DNA of 64,000 nt from Vicinamibacterales bacterium (GTDB lineage: Bacteria; Acidobacteriota; Vicinamibacteria; Vicinamibacterales; 2-12-FULL-66-21), in the NCBI GenBank assembly GCA_036556425.1, contig DATBJJ010000002.1, positions 1,521-65,520 of the forward strand, written 5' to 3'. The notes under the pieces were generated by a model. That model was not told the origin of the DNA, searched no databases, and saw only the letters and a program-made list of their open reading frames with translations. Positions 1 to 8,103 of the stretch are shown piece after piece; the first letter of the stretch is position 1; each line of letters starts with the position of its first letter. The translations under genes were made by a program, and so were the position numbers.

Positions 1-1
1 G

Positions 2-649
2 ATGCGCAATCTCCTCGGCGGCGAGGAAGGCCTGAAGGATGCGGGCGTGTCCGTGTCGAAGCTCGTGCTGAACCCGTGGTTCTTTCTCGAGGCGACCGGC
101 GAGGTCTATGCCGGCAACTCCGGCGTGTTCCAGACCCACGCGCGCAGCGACGTCAGCTGGCTCGGACGCGTGCGCGGCTATCGCGATCTCACCGAAGGAA
201 CCAATCTCGACATCGGCGCCTCGTTCGCCCGCGGCCACAACGATGCCGGGCCGGACTTCACGACGCGACTGTTCGGAGTCGACGCGACGTTCCGTTATCG
301 CCCGCTGCGTCGAGCGATCTACCGCCGACTCATCGGACGCACCGAGTTGATCTGGAGCCGCCGCGATCAAGAGGACGGCACGGTGCCGGCCTTCGGCATG
401 TATGTCGGCGGCGACTACCAGTTCGCGCGCCGGTGGTTCGCCGGCGTGCGGTACGACCGATCGGCGCGCGCGTTCGACGCGTCGCTCGTCGACAAGGGGC
501 CATCGTTTCTCGTGACCTATTGGCCGAGCGAGTTCAGCCAGATTCGCGGGCAGTACCGGCGCACGCGATACGCCGAGGGCGTCGTCGCGAACGAAGCGCT
601 GTTCCAATTCCTGTTCTCGATCGGCGCGCACGGCGCCCATGTGTTTTAG
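2..649 (+). CDS. Outer-membrane beta-barrel (porin-like) protein, C-terminal part; 5' end outside window
   Basis: ORF 2..649. It has an alternating beta-strand-like pattern rich in Y/F/R/G/D and ends ...SIGAHGAHVF (terminal Phe typical of OMP barrels). It lies directly upstream of a ZnuA-like gene. Family not identified. Confidence 0.55.
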   Translation: MRNLLGGEEGLKDAGVSVSKLVLNPWFFLEATGEVYAGNSGVFQTHARSDVSWLGRVRGYRDLTEGTNLDIGASFARGHNDAGPDFTTRLFGVDATFRYRPLRRAIYRRLIGRTELIWSRRDQEDGTVPAFGMYVGGDYQFARRWFAGVRYDRSARAFDASLVDKGPSFLVTYWPSEFSQIRGQYRRTRYAEGVVANEALFQFLFSIGAHGAHVF

Positions 650-650
650 A

Positions 651-690
651 CGCGGATCGCGCGGATGTCGCGGATCACGCGGATCGGATC
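651..690. repeat. Short tandem repeat, four ~9-10 nt units containing CGCGGAT (cgcggatcg/cgcggatgt/cgcggatca/cgcggatcg)
   Basis: Read directly between the OMP stop (649) and the znuA-like start (706). A related 'acgcggataacacggatca' follows the ku stop at 39661-39679. Confidence 0.7.
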
Positions 691-705
691 GTTCATAGAG
701 GGGTC

Positions 706-1635
706 ATGATCATGAAGAAACTGATACTCACGGCGATGACACTGGCGGCTTTCGCCGCGGCGGCGAACGCATCCGCAGCCGTCAAAGTCGTGACGACGAC
801 GCAGGATCTCGAGGCGATCGTGACCGAGATTGGCGGCGACAAGGTGGCGGTCGAGTCGATCGCGAAGGGCTATCAGGATCCGCACTTCGTCGAGGCGAAG
901 CCGAGCTTCATCATCAAGCTCCATTCCGCCGATCTCCTCGTCGTCGTCGGGCGCGAGCTGGAGATCGCGTGGCTGCCGGCGCTCGTGACGCAGAGCCGCA
1001 ACCCCAAGATCCAGCTTGGCGGCGCCGGTTATCTCGACGCGTCGCAGAACGTCCGAATTCTCGACATTCCGACGGGACAAATCACGCGCGCGATGGGCGA
1101 CGTGCACCCGTCGGGCAACCCGCACTACTGGCTGGATCCCGCGAACGGCCGGCAGATCGCGAAGGCCGTTCAGGAGAAGCTGACGCAGTTGAGCGCCGGC
1201 GACGCCGCGTACTTCGCGCAGCGCTACGCCGATTTCGATCGCCGCCTCGGCGAAGCGGAGAAGCGATGGAAGGCGGCGATGGCGCCGTACAAAGGGCTGA
1301 AGATCGTGACGTATCACCGGTCGTGGACGAATTTCGCGGACGCGTTCGGGTTGAACGTGGTTGGCTACGTCGAGCCGAAGCCGGGCATTCCGCCGTCGCC
1401 CGCGCACACGCTCTATCTCCAGCAGGAGATGAAGCGGCAGAGCGTGAAGATCCTGATCGTGGAGCCGTACTTCGACAGCAAGACGCCGAACGCGATCGGG
1501 CGCGAGACGGGCGCGAAAGTGCTCGTGCTGCCGCCCTCGGTCGGCGGCGTGAAGGAAGCCTCGGGGTACATTCAGTTGTTCGACTACGACGTCAATCTGC
1601 TCGTGTCGGCGATCAAGGAAACAGGAACACGCTAG
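706..1635 (+). CDS. Metal (Zn/Mn-type) ABC transporter substrate-binding protein, ZnuA/TroA family
   Basis: In-frame ATG at 706 (or 712) inside ORF 76..1635. Signal peptide MKKLILTAMTLAAFAAAANASA. Family-typical segments YQDPHFVEAKPS and DVHPSGNPHYWLDP. The stop abuts the permease start. Confidence 0.85.
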   Translation: MIMKKLILTAMTLAAFAAAANASAAVKVVTTTQDLEAIVTEIGGDKVAVESIAKGYQDPHFVEAKPSFIIKLHSADLLVVVGRELEIAWLPALVTQSRNPKIQLGGAGYLDASQNVRILDIPTGQITRAMGDVHPSGNPHYWLDPANGRQIAKAVQEKLTQLSAGDAAYFAQRYADFDRRLGEAEKRWKAAMAPYKGLKIVTYHRSWTNFADAFGLNVVGYVEPKPGIPPSPAHTLYLQQEMKRQSVKILIVEPYFDSKTPNAIGRETGAKVLVLPPSVGGVKEASGYIQLFDYDVNLLVSAIKETGTR

Positions 1636-2496
1636 ATGGGCGATCTCACGTTCGTTCAGATCGTCGATTTCCTGGCGGCGCCGTTCGTCGCCAGCCTGAT
1701 CCTCACGGGGATCCACGCCTACCTCGGCGTGCACGTCGTGGAGCGAGGGGTCATCTTCGTCGATCTCTCGCTCGCGCAGATCGCGGCGTTGGGCGCGACG
1801 ATTGCGATTCTTCTGCCGTGGTCCGAAGGCGATCCGCACGCGTCGTCGGTCTACTGGGTGAGCCTCGTGTTCACGTTCATCGGCGCGGGCATCTTCTCGA
1901 TGATCCGCGGCAAGCGCGCGCGCATTCCGCAGGAGGCGATCATCGGGATCAGCTACGCGGTGGCGTCCGCCGCGGCGATCCTCGCGATGAGCAAGTCGAC
2001 GTCCGAGGGAGAGCACCTCAAGCACATGCTGGTCGGCAACATCCTCGCGGTGTCGTGGCCCGAGGTCGTCAAGACGGCGGCGCTCTACGGCGCCATCGGC
2101 CTCTTCCACTACATCTTCCGCAAGCCGTTTCTCGCGATTTCGATGAACCACGACGCCGCGGAAGCGACCGGCCTCAACGTCAGATTCTGGGACTTCCTGT
2201 TCTACGCCTCGTTTGGATTCGTCGTGACCTCGTCGGTCGCGATTGCGGGCGTGCTGCTGGTGTTCTGCTATCTGATCGTGCCATCGGTGGCGGCGATGCT
2301 CTTCGCGGACACGATCGGCAAGCGCCTCGCGATCGGATGGAGCATGGGCACCGTCGTGTCGGCGCTCGGCGTGTACTTGTCGCTCGTGCTCGATCTGCCG
2401 ACCGGCGCGACGATCGTCTGCACGTTCGGCCTCGTGCTCGTCGTGATGGCGATGGTGCGCGTGCTCGCCTCTCCCTGTTACCTGACGTTACTGTGA
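1636..2496 (+). CDS. Metal ABC transporter permease (ABC-3 / ZnuB-MntB family)
   Basis: 286-aa polytopic membrane protein (FLAAPFVASLILTGIHAYLGVHVVERGVIFVDLSLAQIAALG...). The ATG directly follows the ZnuA-like stop. Confidence 0.85.
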   Translation: MGDLTFVQIVDFLAAPFVASLILTGIHAYLGVHVVERGVIFVDLSLAQIAALGATIAILLPWSEGDPHASSVYWVSLVFTFIGAGIFSMIRGKRARIPQEAIIGISYAVASAAAILAMSKSTSEGEHLKHMLVGNILAVSWPEVVKTAALYGAIGLFHYIFRKPFLAISMNHDAAEATGLNVRFWDFLFYASFGFVVTSSVAIAGVLLVFCYLIVPSVAAMLFADTIGKRLAIGWSMGTVVSALGVYLSLVLDLPTGATIVCTFGLVLVVMAMVRVLASPCYLTLL

Positions 2497-2544
2497 CGTC
2501 GGCTTGTCCGCTGCCGACGCCCAGTGTAAGGTAGGGGGTCAAAG

Positions 2545-3990
2545 GTGAGACGCGTGGCGTTCATAGACGACGACTTTCTTCTGCAGAACAAGACGGCGCG
2601 CTATCTGTACGAACGATACGCGGCGCCGCAGCCGGTCCTCGACTATCACAATCATCTGCCCCCTCGGGACATCGCCGAGAATCGCCGCTTCAAGAACCTG
2701 TTCGAGATCTGGCTCGAAGGGGATCACTACAAGTGGCGCGCGATGCGGACGAGCGGCGTCGACGAGCGCTACTGCACCGGCGATGCCGATCCGTTCGAGA
2801 AGTTCCTGGCGTGGGCGCGCACGGTGCCGCACTGCCTGCGCAATCCGCTCTATCACTGGACGCACCTCGAGCTGCAGCGCTACTTCGGGATCGACGAACT
2901 GCTCGACGAGAAGACGGCGGCGTCGATTTGGAGCCGCGCGAACGCGCTGCTCGCGACCGACGATCTGCGCGCGCACGGCATCCTCAAGAAATTCAACGTC
3001 GCCGCGCTCTGCACGACCGACGATCCGGCCGACACGCTCGACTGGCACGAGAAGATCCAGGCGTCATCGCTCGCGACGCGCGTGTATCCCGCGTTCCGTC
3101 CGGATCGCGCGCTCGAGGTCCACGCTCCGGACGCGTTCAACGCGTGGGTCGACCGGCTCTCCGCGGCGGCGGGCGTCGACATCGTCACGCTCGCCAGCTT
3201 CCGCGATGCGCTCGCGAAACGGCACCAGGATTTCCACGATCTCGGCGGGCGGCTGTCGGATCACGGCCTCGCGTACTGCTTCGCGCTCGACTGCGACGAG
3301 CGGACGGCGTCGGCCATCTTCGACAAGGCGCGCGCCGGCAAGGCGGGCAGCCGCGAAGAGGCCGAGCGCTTCGCGTCGTACATGATGCTGTTCTTCGGCC
3401 ATCTCGACGCGCAGAAGGGCTGGACCAAACAGCTTCATCTCGGCGCGCTGCGGAACGTCAGCACGCGAATGACGCGGATTCTCGGGCCGAACACCGGCTA
3501 CGACTCGATCGGCGACTGGCCGCAGGCGGAGATGCTCGGCCGCTATCTCGATCGCCTCGACGTCGAGGACGCGCTGCCGAAGACGATCGTCTACAACGTG
3601 AACCCCTCGGACAACTACGCGTTCGCGACGATGATCGGCAACTTCCAGCGCGGACCGATCGCCGGGAAGATCCAATTCGGGAGCTCGTGGTGGTTCCTCG
3701 ATCAGAAGGATGGGATCGAGTGGCAGCTCGACGCGCTGTCGAACGTCGGCCTGCTCGCGCACTTCGTCGGCATGCTGACCGACTCGCGCTCGTTCATGTC
3801 GTATCCGCGGCACGAGTACTTCCGCCGCGTGCTCTGCAGCCGGCTCGGACGCGAGATGGAGAGCGGCGAGCTGCCGGATCGCGAGGATCTGATCGGCACG
3901 CTCATCGAGAACGTCTGCTTCGGGAACGCGAACCGGTTCCTCGGGCTCGGCAACGAGAAGCCCGCGTCTACGGCTTCGACGCTGGCGTAA
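2545..3990 (+). CDS. uxaC: Glucuronate isomerase
   Basis: GTG start. N-terminus FIDDDFLLQNKTARYLYERYA, then DYHNHL, GDHYKWRAMR and WWFLDQKDG. Length 481 aa is typical of UxaC. Confidence 0.9.
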   Translation: MRRVAFIDDDFLLQNKTARYLYERYAAPQPVLDYHNHLPPRDIAENRRFKNLFEIWLEGDHYKWRAMRTSGVDERYCTGDADPFEKFLAWARTVPHCLRNPLYHWTHLELQRYFGIDELLDEKTAASIWSRANALLATDDLRAHGILKKFNVAALCTTDDPADTLDWHEKIQASSLATRVYPAFRPDRALEVHAPDAFNAWVDRLSAAAGVDIVTLASFRDALAKRHQDFHDLGGRLSDHGLAYCFALDCDERTASAIFDKARAGKAGSREEAERFASYMMLFFGHLDAQKGWTKQLHLGALRNVSTRMTRILGPNTGYDSIGDWPQAEMLGRYLDRLDVEDALPKTIVYNVNPSDNYAFATMIGNFQRGPIAGKIQFGSSWWFLDQKDGIEWQLDALSNVGLLAHFVGMLTDSRSFMSYPRHEYFRRVLCSRLGREMESGELPDREDLIGTLIENVCFGNANRFLGLGNEKPASTASTLA

Positions 3991-5527
3991 TCTTCAGCAC
4001 CACCCGCCGATAGGACGTCAGCGTCGGCGTTCCGTTGTCGACGACCTGCAGAATCACGTGCGCGGTGCCGGCGACGCGAGGCGTGACGGTCGCGCGCGCG
4101 CTATTCGCATTCTCGATCGTCGCGCGCGCGGGAGGATCGGGCGGTCCTCCAGAAGCCGCGGACGGAATGTTGCCTTCACCCGCCGGAACCGCGCGCACCG
4201 ATCCCGAATACACAGGCTGACCGGGGATTCCGCTGCCGGCTTCCGGATAGACGAACCACGTGTATTGAAGCGCGTTGCCGTCGGGATCGCGCGTGCCCGC
4301 CGCGTCGAGCACGATCGGCGTTCCGACGACGGCGTCGATCGCGAGCGGTTCCTTTCCCGAACGTCCGTTCACGACGACGTCCGGATTGTGATTCGCGTCG
4401 CGAACGTCCTTGATCGTCCAATCCATCCGCGCCGCGAAGTCGTGCTGGAACGCCTCGCGCCAGCGCCAGATCGTCGCCTGATCGGACGTATAGCGCTTTC
4501 CATCGGTGCCCGTCACCGTGTCCTTCGAGTTGTCGCGGCCCGGGTACGAATCCCCGCCCTGCGTCCACGTGGGACGCGGCTCGCCGTAGAACTGCCGCCA
4601 CACGTATCGGCCCGACCATCCGCCGTAGGTCGGACTCATGAAGCTCGCGAGGCCGTTGTTGATGAGGCCGAGGAACGCCGGCGTGTCGCCTTCGTGGATG
4701 CAGCACGGCATTGGATACAGCGTGCCGAGCGGACCTTTGCCGCGAATGTTCGCGTTGATCCAGTCGTCGGTGAACGTCGTGAAATCCGCGCCCGGCGCGT
4801 TCTTGTAGAAGCGATCGCCGCTGATCCCGGTCCACGTCGCGAGGTAGTACTGAGCGCCGTCCGGCGTCGACGGCATCACGACGTACGCGACCGACGGGAA
4901 CTCCCGCCTGATCCACGGCCCCGCATCGTCCTGATCGGAGATCGAATAGACACGCAGCTTCGCGACGGCTCGAGACAACTGATCCGGCGTACGTGTGGCG
5001 CGGAACGTCAGCAGCGCTTGCGCGAGCGTGTTCGCGCCGCCCCACGCGAGCACCCAGAGCGGACGCGGGTCGCTCGATTCGAGTCCCTTGATGATCGACT
5101 CGGCGCCCGGCGAGAGCTTGTCGGCGCCCACCGCCTGCATCCCGAACCCCTGCTGGCCCGGCGCGACGGTGTTCCGGAGCGCCGCGGCGGTGGGGAAGCC
5201 CGGCTCGTGCTTCGCCAAATTCGGCTGCACTTTGTCGTACGCGTCGAGCAATTGGTGAATCACGTCCGGCCGCACCTTGTTCCGCATCCACGTCGATGTC
5301 GTCGCCACCAGTCCTTCGACGTCGTACTGATTCGCGTAGACGAGGAATCGCACCATCGACATCTGATCGTCCGGCTCGTTCGCGATGTCGGTCATCACGA
5401 GGACCCGGGATTTCGCGACGTAGGGATCGATGCGCGAGGCGATCGGGTCCGGCGCCTGCGCGAGCGGCTGCGATGGAAGGGTGAGGGCGATGGTCAGGGC
5501 GAACGTAGACGCGACGGTGATTCTCAT
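3968..5527 (-). CDS. DUF1593-like secreted protein (nucleoside-hydrolase-like N-domain, Ig-like C-domain)
   Basis: Start set at ATG 5527 (MRITVASTFALTIALTLPSQPLAQA signal peptide). Segments VLVMTDIANEPDDQMSMVRFLVYAN and VLAWGGANTLAQAL. The upstream part of ORF 3968..5794 only translates the repeat array. Confidence 0.75.
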   Translation of the reverse strand: MRITVASTFALTIALTLPSQPLAQAPDPIASRIDPYVAKSRVLVMTDIANEPDDQMSMVRFLVYANQYDVEGLVATTSTWMRNKVRPDVIHQLLDAYDKVQPNLAKHEPGFPTAAALRNTVAPGQQGFGMQAVGADKLSPGAESIIKGLESSDPRPLWVLAWGGANTLAQALLTFRATRTPDQLSRAVAKLRVYSISDQDDAGPWIRREFPSVAYVVMPSTPDGAQYYLATWTGISGDRFYKNAPGADFTTFTDDWINANIRGKGPLGTLYPMPCCIHEGDTPAFLGLINNGLASFMSPTYGGWSGRYVWRQFYGEPRPTWTQGGDSYPGRDNSKDTVTGTDGKRYTSDQATIWRWREAFQHDFAARMDWTIKDVRDANHNPDVVVNGRSGKEPLAIDAVVGTPIVLDAAGTRDPDGNALQYTWFVYPEAGSGIPGQPVYSGSVRAVPAGEGNIPSAASGGPPDPPARATIENANSARATVTPRVAGTAHVILQVVDNGTPTLTSYRRVVLKITPASKP

Positions 5528-5550
5528 GGAGAAGCAGAGAGCATAACGAT

Positions 5551-5744
5551 CAGGGTGCCAGGGTGCCAAGGTGCAAGGGTGCCAGGGTGCAGGGTGCAAG
5601 GGTGCAGGGTGCAAGGGTGCAGGGTGCAAGGTGCAAAAGGGAGAGTGCAACGGTGCAGCGGAGCAGTGCACAGGCGTTGCACCCCTTGCACCTTTGCCTT
5701 TGCACCTTGCACCCTGGCACCCCTGCACCCTGGCACCCTTTGCG
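5551..5744. repeat. Heptamer/octamer-array inverted repeat, AGGTGCM family (locus R1)
   Basis: The left arm is tandem (a)gggtgcc/(a)gggtgca units. The right arm is their reverse complement (ttgcacc/ctggcacc). A ~30-nt non-repetitive centre separates them. It fills the divergent region between the DUF1593 gene and blaI. Confidence 0.9.
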
Positions 5745-5752
5745 GAAACCCC

Positions 5753-5804
5753 TTGACTACAACTGTCGTCAACTGGTAATGTCCTTGACGACACTTGTAG
5801 TCAC
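5753..5804 (+). promoter_or_regulatory. Candidate BlaI/CopY-type operator pair overlapping a sigma70-like promoter
   Basis: ttgactacaactgtcgtcaa (5753-5772) and ttgacgacacttgtagtcac (5785-5804) are 18/20 reverse complements. Each holds a TACAnnTGTN / NACAnnTGTA dyad like the TACAnnTGTA box of the BlaI/MecI/CopY family. TTGACT, a 16-nt spacer and GGTAAT resemble -35/-10 elements. Confidence 0.55.
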
Positions 5805-5829
5805 TGACCTGAACGGAATCGAGGCGGCG

Positions 5830-6219
5830 ATGTCTGAATCCTCTATCGGTGAACAAGAGCTCGCGCTGCTCCGGCACATTGCGGACCGCGGGAGCCTGAC
5901 GGTCGGCGAGGCGGCCGAGGAGTTCGGGGCCGGGCGCGGGCTCGCGCGGTCGACGGTGTTGACGATGATGGAGCGGCTGCGCGGGAAAGGCCACCTCGCG
6001 CGGAAGATGGTGGACGGCATTTACCGCTATCGCGCACGCGCGTCGTCGGCGGAGCTGCTGAAGGGGGCGGTGCAGCGCTTCGTCGAGCGCAATCTCGATG
6101 GATCGGTCTCGCCCTTCCTGGCGTATCTGTCAGAGGCCGATCGGATCTCGGACGCCGAGCTGAAAGAGCTGCAGGAGATCGTGGCGCGGCTGAACGCGGA
6201 TCGGCGAAAGGAACGGTGA
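5830..6219 (+). CDS. BlaI/MecI/CopY family transcriptional repressor
   Basis: MSESSIGEQELALLRHIADRGSLTVGEAAEEF...STVLTMMERLRGKGHLAR is a winged-helix Penicillinase_R pattern. About 129 aa. Followed 6 nt later by a BlaR1-like gene. Confidence 0.85.
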   Translation: MSESSIGEQELALLRHIADRGSLTVGEAAEEFGAGRGLARSTVLTMMERLRGKGHLARKMVDGIYRYRARASSAELLKGAVQRFVERNLDGSVSPFLAYLSEADRISDAELKELQEIVARLNADRRKER

Positions 6220-6225
6220 CCGATC

Positions 6226-8073
6226 ATGATGTCGACGCTTGCACGCGCATCGATCGACGGCGGGATCGTGGTCGCGATCGTCTGGGTCGTCGCGCGGGTG
6301 TTCAGATTGTCGCCGGCCGCGCGGACTGCGCTCTGGTGGTGCGCCGCCGCCAAGTTCGTCGTTGCGCTCATCTGGGTAAGTCCGGTTCTCGTTCCGATTC
6401 TGCCGCCGGTCGAGCGCATCGCTGCGCCGCCTGTGGCGACGGCCATCACCGCGCGCGAGCCGATCGCCGATTCTGCCGCGGCGATCGGAGGGCCTCGAAT
6501 CCGCGCGTCCAACGCCCTCGATCGATGGTCGGCAACGATCGTTGGCTTCTGGATGGCCGGATGCGTCGCGGCCGCCGTCATCGGTCTGCGCCGCGTCGAG
6601 AAGATGAAGCGCATCGTCGCGCGCTCCTCGCTCGCGCCGCCGCCGATTCAGGACATGGCGGAACGGCTGGCCGTCCGCCTGAAGCTGCGAAGGACGCCGC
6701 AGATTCGCATGTCCGATGGCGTGACGACGCCGCTCGTCGTGGGCGTGCTGAAGCCCGTCGTCCTCCTTCCAATCCAGAGCTTCGATCGGCTCGGCGAGAG
6801 CCAGCAGCTCATGGTGCTCTGCCACGAGCTCGCGCACGTCAAGCGCGGCGATCTCTGGTTCGGCTGCACGCCGGCGCTCGCGGAGCGCGTGTTCTTCTTT
6901 CACCCGCTCGCCCACTTGGCCGCGCGCGAGTACTCGCTCTGGCGTGAGGCCGCGTGCGACGCCGCGGTGCTCGACGCGCTCGACGCGGCGCCGCGCGATT
7001 ACGGCCGTCTCTTGCTCGACCTCGGCGTCGCGCGCAGGCGCACCGGGCTTGCCGCCGCCGGCGCCCCGTGGTCGTTCCCGAATCTCAAGCGGAGGATCGT
7101 CATGCTGCAGGATCCATCAATGCGCCCGAAAGGCTCGCGCTTCCTCTCCGCCGCCATGGTCAGCCTCGCGGCGTTCGCGATCGTGCCGCTGCAGTTGGCC
7201 GCGAGGCCCGCAGCCGGTCCGGGAGAGCAATCCAAGAGTGTCGAAACTAATGTCGAGAAGCACGACGAAGCCGAACAGCGCGACGGAAAGCCCAAGCCGC
7301 CGCAGAGCAGAGAGGAACTCACCCGCGAGCGAATACGCGAGCTGGAGCGTGAAATCGAGCGCTTCAAGGAACGCGAACGCGCGCGGAGCGACAGCGAACG
7401 GCCGATCGAATTCACCCGCGACGATGTCCGTTTCGTGGCGTTCTTTTCAGACGACCAGACGACGTCGTCCGGATCGGATGAGGACAGGGCGCGAGCGCGG
7501 CGGTATCGCCGGGGCAGCGATCCGATGATTTGGTTCATGCTGGATGGCCGCGAGTGTGTCGTGAGAGATCGCGAAACGATCGATCGCGTCCAAGCCGCGT
7601 GGAAGCCGGTCTACGAGATCGGCGATCTACAGGGCGTCATTGGCGGCGAGCAGGGCAAGCTCGGCGAAAAGCAGGGCGAGATCGGCGCGCTGCTGGGAAC
7701 GCTCGGCGCCAGGCAGGGCGAGCTGGGCGCGCTACAGGCGAAACTCGCCGAGGAGCAAGTGCGCTTGGCCGAACGGGAGGCGCGCGCGATGACCGATGCG
7801 GCGCGCGAGGCGCTGGAACGCGACCATCGCGGCATGGAGCGTGAGATCGATGCGCGAGCGAAGAAGTTGCACGACGAGATGCGTGAGCTGAACGCGCGCA
7901 TGCGCGAGCTCGACGAGCCCATCCGCAAGCTCAATGAGCCCATGGAGGAGCTCGCGCGCAAGATGTCGACCCTCAGCGGACAGATGGAAGAAGAGAGTCA
8001 CCGCGCGCGCATCGAAACGCGACGGATCTTCGAGCGCGCGATCGCGAACGGCTCCGCTGAAATCGTCAAGTAG
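6226..8073 (+). CDS. BlaR1/MecR1-like M56 peptidase-family signal transducer with coiled-coil C-terminal region (no penicillin-binding domain seen)
   Basis: N-terminal TM helices and the zinc-peptidase motif HELAHVKRGD. The C-terminal ~300 aa are charged/coiled-coil, with five heptads (GEQGKLG EKQGEIG ALLGTLG ARQGELG ALQAKLA). Confidence 0.85.
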   Translation: MMSTLARASIDGGIVVAIVWVVARVFRLSPAARTALWWCAAAKFVVALIWVSPVLVPILPPVERIAAPPVATAITAREPIADSAAAIGGPRIRASNALDRWSATIVGFWMAGCVAAAVIGLRRVEKMKRIVARSSLAPPPIQDMAERLAVRLKLRRTPQIRMSDGVTTPLVVGVLKPVVLLPIQSFDRLGESQQLMVLCHELAHVKRGDLWFGCTPALAERVFFFHPLAHLAAREYSLWREAACDAAVLDALDAAPRDYGRLLLDLGVARRRTGLAAAGAPWSFPNLKRRIVMLQDPSMRPKGSRFLSAAMVSLAAFAIVPLQLAARPAAGPGEQSKSVETNVEKHDEAEQRDGKPKPPQSREELTRERIRELEREIERFKERERARSDSERPIEFTRDDVRFVAFFSDDQTTSSGSDEDRARARRYRRGSDPMIWFMLDGRECVVRDRETIDRVQAAWKPVYEIGDLQGVIGGEQGKLGEKQGEIGALLGTLGARQGELGALQAKLAEEQVRLAEREARAMTDAAREALERDHRGMEREIDARAKKLHDEMRELNARMRELDEPIRKLNEPMEELARKMSTLSGQMEEESHRARIETRRIFERAIANGSAEIVK

Positions 8074-8103
8074 TCACGGCACGAAACGTGTAGGGCCGGC
8101 TGC

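Noticed and set aside
706-2496. Absence of a ZnuC-type ATPase between or after the ZnuA-like and ZnuB-like genes, considered as a novelty.
   Set aside because: The ATPase may simply lie upstream of the window's left edge or elsewhere. Split znu loci are common, so this is not informative on its own.
5551-5744. CRISPR array interpretation of the repeat loci (also 15781-16063, 32177-32338, 33995-34233, 39681-39890).
   Set aside because: Units are only 7-8 nt and directly abut each other with no unique spacers. There are no cas genes in the window, and the arms are mutually inverted.
5528-5794. N-terminal extension of the DUF1593 ORF to 5794 (608-aa version).
   Set aside because: The extra 89 aa are encoded entirely by array R1. 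A good signal peptide begins at the internal ATG 5527.
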